Positions 45,517 through 55,399 are shown, counted from the stretch's first letter. The stretch: DNA of 64,000 nucleotides from Gemmatimonadota bacterium (GCA_031382385.1 JANMYS010000061.1:2403-66402); one strand, 5' to 3'. Notes: generated from the letters alone by a model not told the origin. Program-made: numbers and translations.

Positions 45517-46395
45517 TCACTTCGTCTTCAGAAATGCCCACACCGCCGTGACCTCGTCGTCGGTCATGTCCCGGGTATAGCGCCAGGGCATGAACGGATC
45601 GATGACGCTGCCATCGGGGCGCATCCCGACCCGGAGGGCCTTCCGGAAATCCTCCTCGGTCCACTTTCCGAGCGGTCCGGTCGAGGTGAGATCCGCCGAC
45701 GCGGGTGTACCCGGAGGGCCCTCCTTGATGCCGCCTTTCAGATCTTCCCCGTGGCAATAGACGCAGCCGCCCACCACCGCCAGGTAGTTGCCATACTCGG
45801 CCGTGGGCCCCGCGGTGATTGCTGCTTTCAACGGTGCGCTATGGTCAATCCCTGAGGCGGGGATCAGCCGCTGGGGCGACCGGACGATGAGCAGCCGGCC
45901 AATCGGGCCAACGATGGTCCTGGGCAGCTCGTTGTCGACCGGAGGAACCGATTTGACGTAGGCGATCACCGCGCCGAGATCGGCTGCGGTGAAGCTCTGG
46001 TACACCATGGAAGGCATGAAGAGGAGGGAACGGCCATCAGGAGCCACTCCATGCCGAATTCCGCGGACCCAGTCGGCATCGGACAGCGGTGCCACCCCGC
46101 CCTTGCCGCTGGTGAGATTGAGCGGTACGAAGGTCCCGACAGGCCCCATCGTCAACGGCCGGCCGGCGAGGTTGTCGCCATGACAGTCGGTGCATTTTCC
46201 GATGGTTGACGCCAGATGGCGACCCCGCGCGATCGAGGCCGAATCGGTCGGAATGGACACCGCCTCCGGCGTTACGGCGTAGCGCCGTGCCATCGCCCGA
46301 TTGCTCAGAAACCAGATCGCTCCCGCGAGGAGCAGGATGAGGCCCAGCAGCGTTCCGAGTACAATCCCGATTCGTCGTCCCCAGCGGCCTGCCAT
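45517..46395 (-). CDS. membrane-anchored dihaem c-type cytochrome
   Basis: N-terminal TM helix and two CxxCH motifs (CTDCH, CVYCH). Confidence 0.8.
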   Translation of the reverse strand: MAGRWGRRIGIVLGTLLGLILLLAGAIWFLSNRAMARRYAVTPEAVSIPTDSASIARGRHLASTIGKCTDCHGDNLAGRPLTMGPVGTFVPLNLTSGKGGVAPLSDADWVRGIRHGVAPDGRSLLFMPSMVYQSFTAADLGAVIAYVKSVPPVDNELPRTIVGPIGRLLIVRSPQRLIPASGIDHSAPLKAAITAGPTAEYGNYLAVVGGCVYCHGEDLKGGIKEGPPGTPASADLTSTGPLGKWTEEDFRKALRVGMRPDGSVIDPFMPWRYTRDMTDDEVTAVWAFLKTK

Positions 46396-46424
46396 GCGTG
46401 CCTCGTTTCCTGGCCAAGGTTGAC

Positions 46425-46982
46425 CTACCAGCTTGCGCCCCGGACGATGAGGTCCGCGGCGCGGTCCCGCCAGATCCCCGGCTCACCCCAGCGTTCGGTG
46501 ACCGGGCGCGCGCCGAAGTACCCCAGTGTCAGCAAGAGCCCCAGTCGGGCGTGCCCTTCCGGATCGATGTCGTCGCGGAAGAATCCGGTCGCCTGGCCCT
46601 CGCGCAGCAGGTCGGTGACTGGCCGGATGGCGAGGTCGGCCCAGTCGCCGCCCTCGGTCGCGCTCAGCAGGACGGCGGCGTGCTCGGGCTCCCGGAGGAG
46701 GAAGTCGAACTGGCCCCGCACCAGGCGCCGCAGGCGCTCGACCGCGGTCAGGCCGATCAACGGCAGTTCCGCCAACGCCTGAGCGACCGACTGCGCCGTG
46801 GCGGTCCGGACGGCGTGATACAGCCCGGCCTTGGTCTGGAAGTAGTAGTGAATGAGTTGCTTGTTGACGCCGGCGCGCCGGGCGATCTGGTCGGTACGGG
46901 CGCCAGCTTCGCCCCGCCGGGCAAACTCATGCCGCGCGGCGAGCAGCAGCCGATCGGCGGCTGAGGGAGTGCGATGGGTCAT
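46425..46982 (-). CDS. TetR/AcrR family transcriptional regulator
   Basis: HTH FARRGEAGARTDQIARRAGVNKQLIHYYF. Confidence 0.9.
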   Translation of the reverse strand: MTHRTPSAADRLLLAARHEFARRGEAGARTDQIARRAGVNKQLIHYYFQTKAGLYHAVRTATAQSVAQALAELPLIGLTAVERLRRLVRGQFDFLLREPEHAAVLLSATEGGDWADLAIRPVTDLLREGQATGFFRDDIDPEGHARLGLLLTLGYFGARPVTERWGEPGIWRDRAADLIVRGASW

Positions 46983-47018
46983 GAGGCGCTGCTTTCAACC
47001 GGTTGGTTGAAGCTTACG

Positions 47019-48650
47019 TCAGGCCATCGGCGAGCGGTACTCCGTGGTGAACTCCACCCGGTCGCGGCCGCCCGCCTTGGCCCGGTAGAGCGCCTGGTCG
47101 GAGAGGCGGGCCAGGTCGGCTGCGGTACTCGCATCATCCGGGTAAACCGAGACGCCGATGCAGACGCGCACCGGGATCTGCTCCCCCGCGCCCACGACCG
47201 CCGGCTGCTCGGCCAGGGCGCTCCGCAGCTTGCCGGCAAGGACACTCGCACCCTGGCGGTCGGTGCGTCGCAGGATCATCCCGAACTCCTCACCCCCATA
47301 CCGGCCGATCAGGTCGCTGGCGCGGGCCGTCGCCTGGAAGACGCGGGCGACATGCAGCAGGACCTGGTCGCCGGCGAGATGGCCGTAGCGGTCGTTCACC
47401 CGCTTGAAGTGGTCGATATCAATCATCATGAACGCGAACGGCTCACCCTGGCGCCGGGCGTATTCCACCGCATGCTCCAGCTCGGCCATCAGCGTCGCAT
47501 GATTCAGCAGCCCGGTCAGCCCGTCACGGTGGACCATTTCGCGCAGCCGGCGACCGCGCTCGGCGCGATTGACCACCAGATGCGTCAGCAGCTCGCGGTC
47601 CACCGGCTCGGTCACGAAGTGGTCGGCGCCGGCACGCAGCGCCTCGATCTGTTCAGCGACGCTGTCGTGCTGGGTCAGAAAGACGATGGGGGTAATCCCG
47701 AAACGCTGGTCCTGCCGCACGAGGCGGGTGAGCGACAGACCATCGAGCCCAGGGAGCCGGGAGTCCATCAGGATGAGGTCCGGCGTCTCTCTCGAGAGCG
47801 CCTCGCGCGCATCATTCCCGTTGGTGCAATGGGTCACATGGGCATTGGCCTGCTCCAGCCACATCGTGAGCATCTCGGCCTGGACCGAGTCGGTCTCGAC
47901 CAGCAGCACCCGCGGCGGCGGGCTCCCGATCCGCGCGAGCGCCTTGGCGTAGCCCGGCAGGTCGACGGCGACACGTTCTGCCGGAATGATGGTGTCGATG
48001 CCGGCGGCCAGCGCCCGCACCCGATCTGTCGCGCCGTTGCGGGTGACCAGCACGATCGACCTCGGCCGCACCGCGCCGGCGCCGGACCAGGCGTTGGCGG
48101 CGGCATACGGATCTGGCCCGGCGGCCTGCTCGATGATGACGACAAGATCCGGTCGCTCGGTGAGCTTGTGCTCGCGCGGCTCGCCCGTTTCGCTTTCCCG
48201 TCGAGCGACGAAGCCGGTCGTGACGAGCGCGGCAATCACCTCATCGCAAAGTCGCTGGTCGCCGCCGATGACCAGCGCCCGCCAGCCGAATTCGGTGACC
48301 GCCGGCCCGCGGGCGGGAAGGCCGAGCTCCCGGGCGGCCGTATCATAGGCGTGGGCCAGCCGATCGATCAGCTGGTCCAGCCGCTGCTCGTTCTCCTTCG
48401 CCGGGGCAGGCGTCGGATCCTCCCGCAGCCACCGCTCGCCCTCCCGCGCGATCGTGCTGACCTCAGGGAAGCCATAGGACCCACCAGAGCCGGCGAGCCG
48501 GTGGAAGCGGCCGATCAGTGAGGCAGTCGCATCGGCCTCGCCGGCGCTGAATGCTGCCACGTCCTTGCGCAGCTCCGCCAGCCGGCCCGGTGCATCGAGC
48601 AGGTACTCCCGGCGCAACTCCGCCAGGGCGTCATTCAGGGCGTCGCTCAT
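47019..48650 (-). CDS. Hpt - degenerate receiver - REC - GGDEF response regulator (diguanylate cyclase)
   Basis: Start at MSDALND (ATGA overlap with the upstream stop). Hpt-like FHRLAGSGGSYGF, REC with DLILMDSRLPGLDG, GGDEF domain with GGEEF, and an RxxD I-site (RASD) 5 residues upstream. Confidence 0.85.
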   Translation of the reverse strand: MSDALNDALAELRREYLLDAPGRLAELRKDVAAFSAGEADATASLIGRFHRLAGSGGSYGFPEVSTIAREGERWLREDPTPAPAKENEQRLDQLIDRLAHAYDTAARELGLPARGPAVTEFGWRALVIGGDQRLCDEVIAALVTTGFVARRESETGEPREHKLTERPDLVVIIEQAAGPDPYAAANAWSGAGAVRPRSIVLVTRNGATDRVRALAAGIDTIIPAERVAVDLPGYAKALARIGSPPPRVLLVETDSVQAEMLTMWLEQANAHVTHCTNGNDAREALSRETPDLILMDSRLPGLDGLSLTRLVRQDQRFGITPIVFLTQHDSVAEQIEALRAGADHFVTEPVDRELLTHLVVNRAERGRRLREMVHRDGLTGLLNHATLMAELEHAVEYARRQGEPFAFMMIDIDHFKRVNDRYGHLAGDQVLLHVARVFQATARASDLIGRYGGEEFGMILRRTDRQGASVLAGKLRSALAEQPAVVGAGEQIPVRVCIGVSVYPDDASTAADLARLSDQALYRAKAGGRDRVEFTTEYRSPMA

Positions 48651-49333
48651 GCCGCTCCTCGCAACCGGTCGAAGATGATGAGTGCCGCCGCCACGAAGGT
48701 CGGCGCACTGCTCCAATGACCATGAATGGCGGTCCCCTCACGGGTCGCGATGATCGCGGCTCGATCGTCGAGAATCGCCACCAGTGGCAAGCCGGGCCAG
48801 GCCACGTTCCCGGGAAGGACTTCGACGGTCGCGAAGGGAAGCGCGACCGCGACCTGCGAGCAGAGCAGGACCGTGAGGCCTGCCCCAACAGCTCGGCGCA
48901 GCGCCGGGGACAGCAGCGGGTAGGCTTCGGAAGGCGCCGCCAGAAGGACGGATCGTGTCGCCCGGCCGATCTCGCTGGTGAGCAGCTGCACCGCGCCGCG
49001 CGGGCTGCTCAGCTCGACCACACTGGGCGTGGCCGGCGCGCCGAACACCTCCAGCGCGCGGCTGAGCTGCTCGAGCGCATTGCCCTGCCGGTCCGCGATC
49101 CGCGCCAGGACCCCCGAAGGCGGCTCGGCCCGGAATCGCTTTGGCTGTCCCTCCTCCATCCGGGCCGCACCCTTCGTCACCAGCCCCTCGAGTGCGCTGT
49201 AGGCGTTGGCCCGCGCCAAGCCAGCGCTGCGCGCGATGGCGTAGCCCGTGCCCGGCCCGCCGGTCAGGAGCACTTCGTAGACTCGGCTCTCCGTGGGGGT
49301 GAAGCCAAAGGCGGTCAGGTCGAGCGTGTTCAT
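48647..49333 (-). CDS. TrmB-family transcriptional regulator
   Basis: N-terminal wHTH LTAFGFTPTESRVYEVLLTGGPGTGYAIARSAGLARANAYSALEGLVTKG. Confidence 0.75.
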   Translation of the reverse strand: MNTLDLTAFGFTPTESRVYEVLLTGGPGTGYAIARSAGLARANAYSALEGLVTKGAARMEEGQPKRFRAEPPSGVLARIADRQGNALEQLSRALEVFGAPATPSVVELSSPRGAVQLLTSEIGRATRSVLLAAPSEAYPLLSPALRRAVGAGLTVLLCSQVAVALPFATVEVLPGNVAWPGLPLVAILDDRAAIIATREGTAIHGHWSSAPTFVAAALIIFDRLRGAA

Positions 49334-49363
49334 GGTAGTAGTATGGGATACGCAGGAGGGATG

Positions 49364-49527
49364 GGCAATAGGCGGCTGGGCGATTGGGCGATTGGGCGAT
49401 TGGGCGGTTGGGCGGTTGGGCGGGTAGGTCCGGCCTCAGTGCCGGACCGGCGACTAGACGATTAGAAGATTGGGCGGTCGGCCGTTGGCTGAACGCTAAC
49501 GGCCAACGGCCAACGGCTGACGGCTGA
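49364..49527. repeat. (GGCGATTG)x3 (GGCGGTTG)x2 GGCGGGTAGG, hairpin GGTCCGGC ctcagt GCCGGACC, then ACGGCCA/ACGGCTG array
   Basis: Read directly. Confidence 0.95.
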
Positions 49528-49531
49528 TTCC

Positions 49532-50638
49532 CTAGATGTACTCCAGCTCCCACCCCGACAGCTTGGCGATCAGGGCCAGCCGGAAGGTGACATCGACCTG
49601 CTTCCACTCCGCGGCCTTCGACTCCAGGTCGAGCGGAAAGGTGTGGTAGCTCATCTTGTTCACCGCTTTTGGTGCTGATCGCATCCCCTTGGGGGCCCAG
49701 ACACCGTGCTGGTCGCAGTCCTTCAGCAGGCGGACCAGCACCTTGGTCGCGGTGGGCGATTGTGCCAGCCCACCGATCCGCACCAGCTGCTCGATGAAGT
49801 GCAGGGCCAGCGGGATGTCCTTCGGCAGCCCCTTGCTGTCGGCTTCAATCGGGTCGCCGAGCAGCTGGATTGATGGCTTGAGCTTCTTCTTGCCCACCGG
49901 AATGGTGTAGAGTTTCTTGGGCGCGGGCGACGACAGATAGTGCACCAGGCGCTCGGTGAAGCCGGCGCGTTCCCGCTGCAGGTTCGGCATGGCCGCCATG
50001 ATGGCCAGCGAAAACCAGGTCGGGGGCCGGGCCGCGGGATTCAGGACGTTTGCGCTGCCGGCCCGCACGAATGGCTTCTCCGCCAGTGGGCTGCGGAGGA
50101 ACTCCGACACCTCCGAGGCGATCTTGTGCGCCGCGCCGCGGACCCGCGGGTCCTCGATGTTGCCTGCTTCCGCGAGCGCCGCGGTCGCCGCGGTGCGGAA
50201 AGAGGCCCGGCCCCAGTGGGCGTAGGCTTCATCGCCCTTGGACGCCTTGTGGAATTCGTAGAGCAGCGCGGGATCTTCGTCGCGTGACAGCAGCCGGTAC
50301 AACATCCGGTCCGCGAGCTTGAACGGCCGGGCGGACGTCGGCAGGCCCAGCTGCAACAGGCGGCGGTACTGGGCGATGGTCCCGATGTCCTTGATGCCCT
50401 GCGCTGCCGCGGGGGCAACGCCGAGCAGATTGCCGCCCCAGATGCCGGTGTCCTTCTGCTTCTTGACGATGGCCTGGACCGCCTTGGAGGCCTCGAGCGC
50501 CGCGCGTGCGGTCTCGATGGTCTCGGGTGCGGCACTGCCGGCGGGTGCCAGGTCGGCGAAGGTGCGGTACCGGATCGACTCGCCGCCATGCGCGAGGAGC
50601 CAGCCGATCGGGATTCGGTGATTGTTCGGGAGTTCCAG
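49532..50638 (-). CDS. hypothetical protein (possible alpha/alpha-repeat fold); start uncertain
   Basis: The track ORF starts at TTG 50356. The same frame stays open and protein-like back to a TAA at 50702-50704 (e.g. HRIPIGWLLAHGGESIRYRTF, QKDTGIWGGN). I placed a provisional CTG start at 50636-50638, preceded by GGGGG. No confident family assignment. Confidence 0.5.
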   Translation of the reverse strand: MELPNNHRIPIGWLLAHGGESIRYRTFADLAPAGSAAPETIETARAALEASKAVQAIVKKQKDTGIWGGNLLGVAPAAAQGIKDIGTIAQYRRLLQLGLPTSARPFKLADRMLYRLLSRDEDPALLYEFHKASKGDEAYAHWGRASFRTAATAALAEAGNIEDPRVRGAAHKIASEVSEFLRSPLAEKPFVRAGSANVLNPAARPPTWFSLAIMAAMPNLQRERAGFTERLVHYLSSPAPKKLYTIPVGKKKLKPSIQLLGDPIEADSKGLPKDIPLALHFIEQLVRIGGLAQSPTATKVLVRLLKDCDQHGVWAPKGMRSAPKAVNKMSYHTFPLDLESKAAEWKQVDVTFRLALIAKLSGWELEYI

Positions 50639-50777
50639 AAGCGCCCCCGTGCAGGAGTGGAGCCGGGAAAAAGCGGGCGCATAATAGCCGCAGCACGCAG
50701 GTTACGCCACCGTGACCTCGTCGCTGAGGTCAAACAGGGTCAGGGAATCTGCGCCTAAACAACTACGGCGTTGTGGT

Positions 50778-51896
50778 TTAGCTCAGTGCCTGCTGCAGGT
50801 CTGCGCAGAGGTCATCCGGGTGCTCCAGCCCGACGGAGACGCGGAGCAACCCCTCAGGGGCCCGACTGGCGCTCCCTTCCACCGAAGCCCGGTGTTCGAT
50901 GAGGCTCTCCGGGCCGCCGAGGCTCGTGGCGCGGGTAAACAGCCTCAGGCGGTTGGCTACCTCGAATGCTCTGGCGCGTCCGCCGGGCACGACGAAACTC
51001 AGCATCCCGCCGAAGGCCGGCATCTGCCGTAGCGCAACCGCATGTCCGGGGTCGGCGGGAAGACCGGGATAGTGCACCCGTTCGACATTCGGATGCCGCT
51101 CCAGAAAGCGCGCGAGGGTGAGTGCGTTGGCCGTGTGCATCCGCATGCGGGCTGGCATGGTGCGGAGTCCGCGCAGCGCCAGCCAGCAATCGAATGGTGC
51201 GGGCACCGCGCCATGGCTGCCCTGAATGGCGCGCAGGCGGTCCGCCAGCGCACCCCCCTCACGCAGCACCAGCAATCCGCCCATCGAATCGGAATGTCCG
51301 CCGATGTACTTGGTCGTGGCGTGCATGACCACATCGGCGCCGAGCGCCAGCGGCCGCTGCAGCAGCGGGGTGGCCCAGGTGTTGTCGCACGCCACCAGCG
51401 CTCCTGCCGCATGGGCGATGCTCGCAACCGCGGCGATGTCGGTCACGGCGATGAGCGGATTCGACGGCGTTTCCACCCAGACCAGTTTCGTATTGGCCCG
51501 GAGCGCGGCTCCCACTGCGGCCGGGTCGGTCATGTCGGCGTAGCTGACCTCCAGCCCCCAGGGTGCGAACTGCTCGCGCAGCAGTTTCGCCGTGCCGTAG
51601 TACGCATCCAGTGGCGCCAGCAGATGGTCGCCCGGCCGAAGCGATAGAAACAGCGCCGAGATCGCGGCCATGCCGGAGCTGAACGCGATCCCCGTGGTAC
51701 CGCCTTCGAGCGTGGCGAGTGCCTGTTCCAGTGCACGCCGATTCGGGTTGGAGTCGCGGACGTAGGTGAAGCCGAGCGGGTAGCTGCCGTCGGCCGAGCG
51801 CTCGAAGGTGGTCGACAGGTGCAACGGTGGCGCGACGGCGCCAGTGAGCGGATCCGGTGTCGAGCCTACGTGTACGGCCAGGGTGTCGGGATGCAT
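50778..51896 (-). CDS. PLP-dependent Cys/Met-metabolism enzyme (cystathionine beta-lyase / gamma-synthase family)
   Basis: Starts MHPDTLAVHVG. PLP lysine block ATTKYIGGHSD. The rest of the 799-aa track ORF is a frame overlap with the M28 gene. Confidence 0.85.
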   Translation of the reverse strand: MHPDTLAVHVGSTPDPLTGAVAPPLHLSTTFERSADGSYPLGFTYVRDSNPNRRALEQALATLEGGTTGIAFSSGMAAISALFLSLRPGDHLLAPLDAYYGTAKLLREQFAPWGLEVSYADMTDPAAVGAALRANTKLVWVETPSNPLIAVTDIAAVASIAHAAGALVACDNTWATPLLQRPLALGADVVMHATTKYIGGHSDSMGGLLVLREGGALADRLRAIQGSHGAVPAPFDCWLALRGLRTMPARMRMHTANALTLARFLERHPNVERVHYPGLPADPGHAVALRQMPAFGGMLSFVVPGGRARAFEVANRLRLFTRATSLGGPESLIEHRASVEGSASRAPEGLLRVSVGLEHPDDLCADLQQALS

Positions 51897-53539
51897 CAGG
51901 GGCGGACCCGCGCTTCTCCGGCGGCCCGGAACTCGGAGTCGGTACTCCAGCGGGGCTGGGCCGGTGCGTTCGCCACCGCCAGGGCGGTTCGCAGGATCAC
52001 CCGGATCTGCTGAGCCGCGCCCTCCATGGTGAACCAGGGCAGCAGTTCGTCCTGTGGCTGGTGATATCGGTTGGCGGTGTACTCCTCCTGCTGCTGCTCG
52101 CCCCAGCCGGCGGGCCGACCCTGAAAATCGTGACCGCTCTCGAGCGAGAGGGCGGGGACGCCTTTGCGGGCAAAGGCGAAGTGGTCCGAGCGGAAGAAGG
52201 AGCCGCGGATCAGCGAACCCGAGTCGACCGTGACCCGCAGTCCTTCGGCGGCCGCCGCGGTAGTGAACACCGCACCCAGCGTGGACTGGTCGACGCCGAG
52301 TGCGCTGATGTCCCGGGTCCGGCCATAGAGGTTCATCACATCCATGTTCAGCACGGCGGCGAGATTGCGGATGGGCAGCGTCGGTCGCTCGGCGTAGGCC
52401 TGCGAGCCGAGCAGTCCGCTCTCTTCCGCGCCAAACGCCATGAACAGGATCGACCGCAGCGGCTGCGTCCGGCTGCGGACGAACGCCTCGGCCGCTGTCA
52501 GCACCGCCGATGTCCCGGAGGCGTTGTCTTCGGCGCCATTGTAGATCGAATCGCCCTTGACCGGGGCCCGCACGCCGAGATGGTCGTAGTGCCCGCCGAT
52601 CAGGACGGCTTCGCCAGCGAGGCGGCCGCGGCCGGGCAGCCGCGCCACGACGTTCTCGGTGTGGGAGCGGCGGATCACACTCCGCACCACGGCGTCGATT
52701 CCGAAGCCGAGGGCGACGGGACGGAAGCCCTGCTGCCCGGCTTGCCGCATGAGGGCTGCGAGGTCCTGTCCGTTGCTGCGGAACAGCGTGGCCGCAGTCG
52801 TATCCCGGATCCAGCCGGCGATCACCAGCGGGCCGGCGGGGCGCTCGAGCCGCACCTGCTCGCCGGTCCACGAGCCGGTCACGGTGGTCCAGGGGTAGGT
52901 CGCACTCTCCGTGGTATGCACCATCAGGATCCCGGCGGCGCCCTGTCGTTCGGCCTCCTCGATCTTGTAGGTCCAGCGGCCATAATAGGTGAGGATGCGG
53001 CCACGGAAGATCGCCGGGTCGTGCAGTCCGGGATCGTTGACCAGACAGACAACCACCTTTCCCTTCACGTCGATTCCGGAATAGTCGTTCCAACCCCACT
53101 CCGGTGCCACGATGCCGTAGCCGACGAACACCGCCTCGGCCGCCAGCTTCACTTCCGGCTCGTTGCGCATCGACCACATGATGTAGTCGTCACGGTAGCG
53201 GAGCGGGCCAGGGGCGCTACCGGTGACCCGCACCGTGGGCTCCGGCGTATGGGTGATGACCGGCACCTGGTGGAAGTAGGTGCCACTGTCTCCGGCAGGC
53301 TCCAGGCCCAGGCGGTGGAACTGGGTGGCGATGTACTTCGCGGCGAGTGTGCCCCCCCGTGTGGCGGGGGCTCGACCCTCGAGCAGGTCGTCCGCCAGAT
53401 ACTCGAGGTGCGCGCGCAGCGCGACGGTGTCGACGCCGCGGGCCAGTTGAGTCGCCGGGGTGGCGACCTGCGCCGGCAGCGCAGTAGCGGGGCAGAGAAG
53501 GAGCGAGAGCAGGGCGACGGCGAGCGCTGGACGGGTCAT
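51896..53539 (-). CDS. secreted M28 family metallopeptidase with PA domain
   Basis: Signal peptide, GAEDNASGTSAVL and FMAFGAEESGLLGS. The stop overlaps the downstream ATG by 1 nt (TGATG). Confidence 0.85.
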   Translation of the reverse strand: MTRPALAVALLSLLLCPATALPAQVATPATQLARGVDTVALRAHLEYLADDLLEGRAPATRGGTLAAKYIATQFHRLGLEPAGDSGTYFHQVPVITHTPEPTVRVTGSAPGPLRYRDDYIMWSMRNEPEVKLAAEAVFVGYGIVAPEWGWNDYSGIDVKGKVVVCLVNDPGLHDPAIFRGRILTYYGRWTYKIEEAERQGAAGILMVHTTESATYPWTTVTGSWTGEQVRLERPAGPLVIAGWIRDTTAATLFRSNGQDLAALMRQAGQQGFRPVALGFGIDAVVRSVIRRSHTENVVARLPGRGRLAGEAVLIGGHYDHLGVRAPVKGDSIYNGAEDNASGTSAVLTAAEAFVRSRTQPLRSILFMAFGAEESGLLGSQAYAERPTLPIRNLAAVLNMDVMNLYGRTRDISALGVDQSTLGAVFTTAAAAEGLRVTVDSGSLIRGSFFRSDHFAFARKGVPALSLESGHDFQGRPAGWGEQQQEEYTANRYHQPQDELLPWFTMEGAAQQIRVILRTALAVANAPAQPRWSTDSEFRAAGEARVRP

Positions 53540-53595
53540 GGTTGCGAGCGGCTGGAGGGGGCCATCAGGACCGGGATTGATACTCGGAGGGGAAT

Positions 53596-54510
53596 CTAGC
53601 GCGGGTCACAGGCGGGGTGCGCCAGGAAGCGCTGCAACTCGAATGCGACGGTGTCCGGTACGGTCTGGTGTGGACGGTGCAGCGCCTGCAGCCGGACGAA
53701 CCGGCGGCAGGGCAGGGCCGCCGCAATCCGTTCCCCGATCCTGAAGGGAATCGTGGGGTCCTGTCGCCCCCAGATGAGCAGCACCGGCTGGTGAATCTCC
53801 GCAAAGCGACCGGCGAGGGCCCCGAAATCGAACTGCTCCAGCACCCGTCGCGCGGCGGTGGTGGCGCTGCTGTCCTGGAGGAGCTGGTAGCCCTCACCGC
53901 CGCGGGGCTCGCGCAGCCAGCCCGGGTCGTGCGGTGGCAGGACGTACCCCAGGGTGAACACGATCCAGTGGGTGGATGATTGTACCAGGCCGGTGCTGTC
54001 GGAGATGAGTGGGTTGAGGCCTTCGCCCGCCGGATCGAGGAGCACGACGGCGACAATCCGGTCGGGATGATCGAGCGCGAGGCCGGCGGCGAGCTGGCCA
54101 CCCATCGAATGGCCCACGACGATGACCGGGCCTCGCGTCTGGCGGGCCAGCAGATCGCCGAGCCAGCGCTGGTAGGCGGGGAAATCGTAGGTGGTGTCCG
54201 GCTTGTCGCTCAGGCCAAAACCGGGAAGGTCGACGGCCAGCACCCGGAAGTTCGGCGGCACGCGGTCGAGAAGGTACCGCCAGGTCAGCAGCGACTCGCC
54301 GTAGCCGTGGAGGAAGAGCAGTGTGGTGTCGCCCGCCCCCGCGCGGAGCGCACGCAGCCGGAGATCATCGACCCGGATCCACTCGGCGCGGTGCGCTGGC
54401 CGGTGCCGGCCTGGCTGTCCGAGCCCCAGCCAGAGCAGCGCCAGGGCGACGAGGCCGATGAGCATGCGCCGGCGCATCCAGAAGATGCGGGCCCGGTGGG
54501 TCTCACGCAC
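53596..54510 (-). CDS. alpha/beta hydrolase
   Basis: LLFLHGYGES and the nucleophile elbow GHSMGG. Confidence 0.8.
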   Translation of the reverse strand: MRETHRARIFWMRRRMLIGLVALALLWLGLGQPGRHRPAHRAEWIRVDDLRLRALRAGAGDTTLLFLHGYGESLLTWRYLLDRVPPNFRVLAVDLPGFGLSDKPDTTYDFPAYQRWLGDLLARQTRGPVIVVGHSMGGQLAAGLALDHPDRIVAVVLLDPAGEGLNPLISDSTGLVQSSTHWIVFTLGYVLPPHDPGWLREPRGGEGYQLLQDSSATTAARRVLEQFDFGALAGRFAEIHQPVLLIWGRQDPTIPFRIGERIAAALPCRRFVRLQALHRPHQTVPDTVAFELQRFLAHPACDPR

Positions 54511-55399
54511 CGCAGCGGATCACGTGGATCACTCCGGAGGTGGTCGGGAGTGGCGCCTCGCTGGTCAGCACCAGGCGTGTGCCATCAAGCCAGTCGACCC
54601 CTTCGCCCTGGGGCTCGAGTCCGGCCAGAGTGCAGCGCGCAGTCGGTGCTCCCAGCCGACCGGCGGGGAGCACAGGGAGGAGATAGAGCTCGGTGTAGGT
54701 GCGGACGGCCACGCGGGCCCCATCGGGGGAGAGGGCGGCATCCGTCACCCACCGACCGGCGGACTGGTCCGGGACGATGGGAAGCAGCTGCACCCGGGTC
54801 GCGGTCGCAGTGCCGCGCGTGTCCCAGGCCACAGCGGGCACCCGGAAGAGGATGATGCCACCGGTTCGGCCCTTGGTCACCAGGCTCAGGCTGCCGTCCC
54901 GGTCGACCCACATCGCCTCGGTATCGTGCGGCCCATCGGGATAGCGTAGCAGCAGAGTGTCGAGATCAGTGGGAGTGGCGTCCGCTCCACCCCGGAACCG
55001 GTCGAGCCGGGTGGGCTCGCGCACCCGGTAGATGGTCACGACCTGTCGCTGCTGGAGGTTGTCGCCGATATCGCCCAGGTAGATACAGGAGCCGACGGGA
55101 CAGGCGCCGATGGCGATGGCTTCCCAGTCCAGGTTGCTCACTCCCGGGACGAGCCAGCGACCGATCGGCCGACCAGAGGAATCGGTGGCGAAGATGACCG
55201 GGTCGTTGCCCGAGTCGTTGATGGTGAAGAGGATGCGCGGAATCGCGTGGCTGCGCGCGACGCCCGAGCTCTCGCGCAGGTCAGGGTCCTGCAGGATTCC
55301 CGTCCGGGTCGATTCCACCGGGCGGGCGGGCAGTGTCTGGGCGGTGGCGGAGCAGGCGGAGAGCAGGGCGGCGCAACCGGCCAGGAACATTCGGCGCAT
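54503..55399 (-). CDS. hypothetical lipoprotein (beta-propeller-like)
   Basis: Lipobox LLSAC. Repeated beta-strand-rich blocks (ESSGVA, DWEAIA, TEAMWVD, TDAALSPDG). No firm family. Confidence 0.55.
   Translation of the reverse strand: MRRMFLAGCAALLSACSATAQTLPARPVESTRTGILQDPDLRESSGVARSHAIPRILFTINDSGNDPVIFATDSSGRPIGRWLVPGVSNLDWEAIAIGACPVGSCIYLGDIGDNLQQRQVVTIYRVREPTRLDRFRGGADATPTDLDTLLLRYPDGPHDTEAMWVDRDGSLSLVTKGRTGGIILFRVPAVAWDTRGTATATRVQLLPIVPDQSAGRWVTDAALSPDGARVAVRTYTELYLLPVLPAGRLGAPTARCTLAGLEPQGEGVDWLDGTRLVLTSEAPLPTTSGVIHVIRCGA

Noticed and set aside
50778-53177. 799-aa ORF suggesting a large fusion protein
   Set aside because: Only the C-terminal 372 aa (from MHPDTLAVH, 51896) match the PLP Cys/Met family. 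The N-terminal part overlaps the well-supported M28 peptidase gene in another frame and is Arg/Pro-rich junk.
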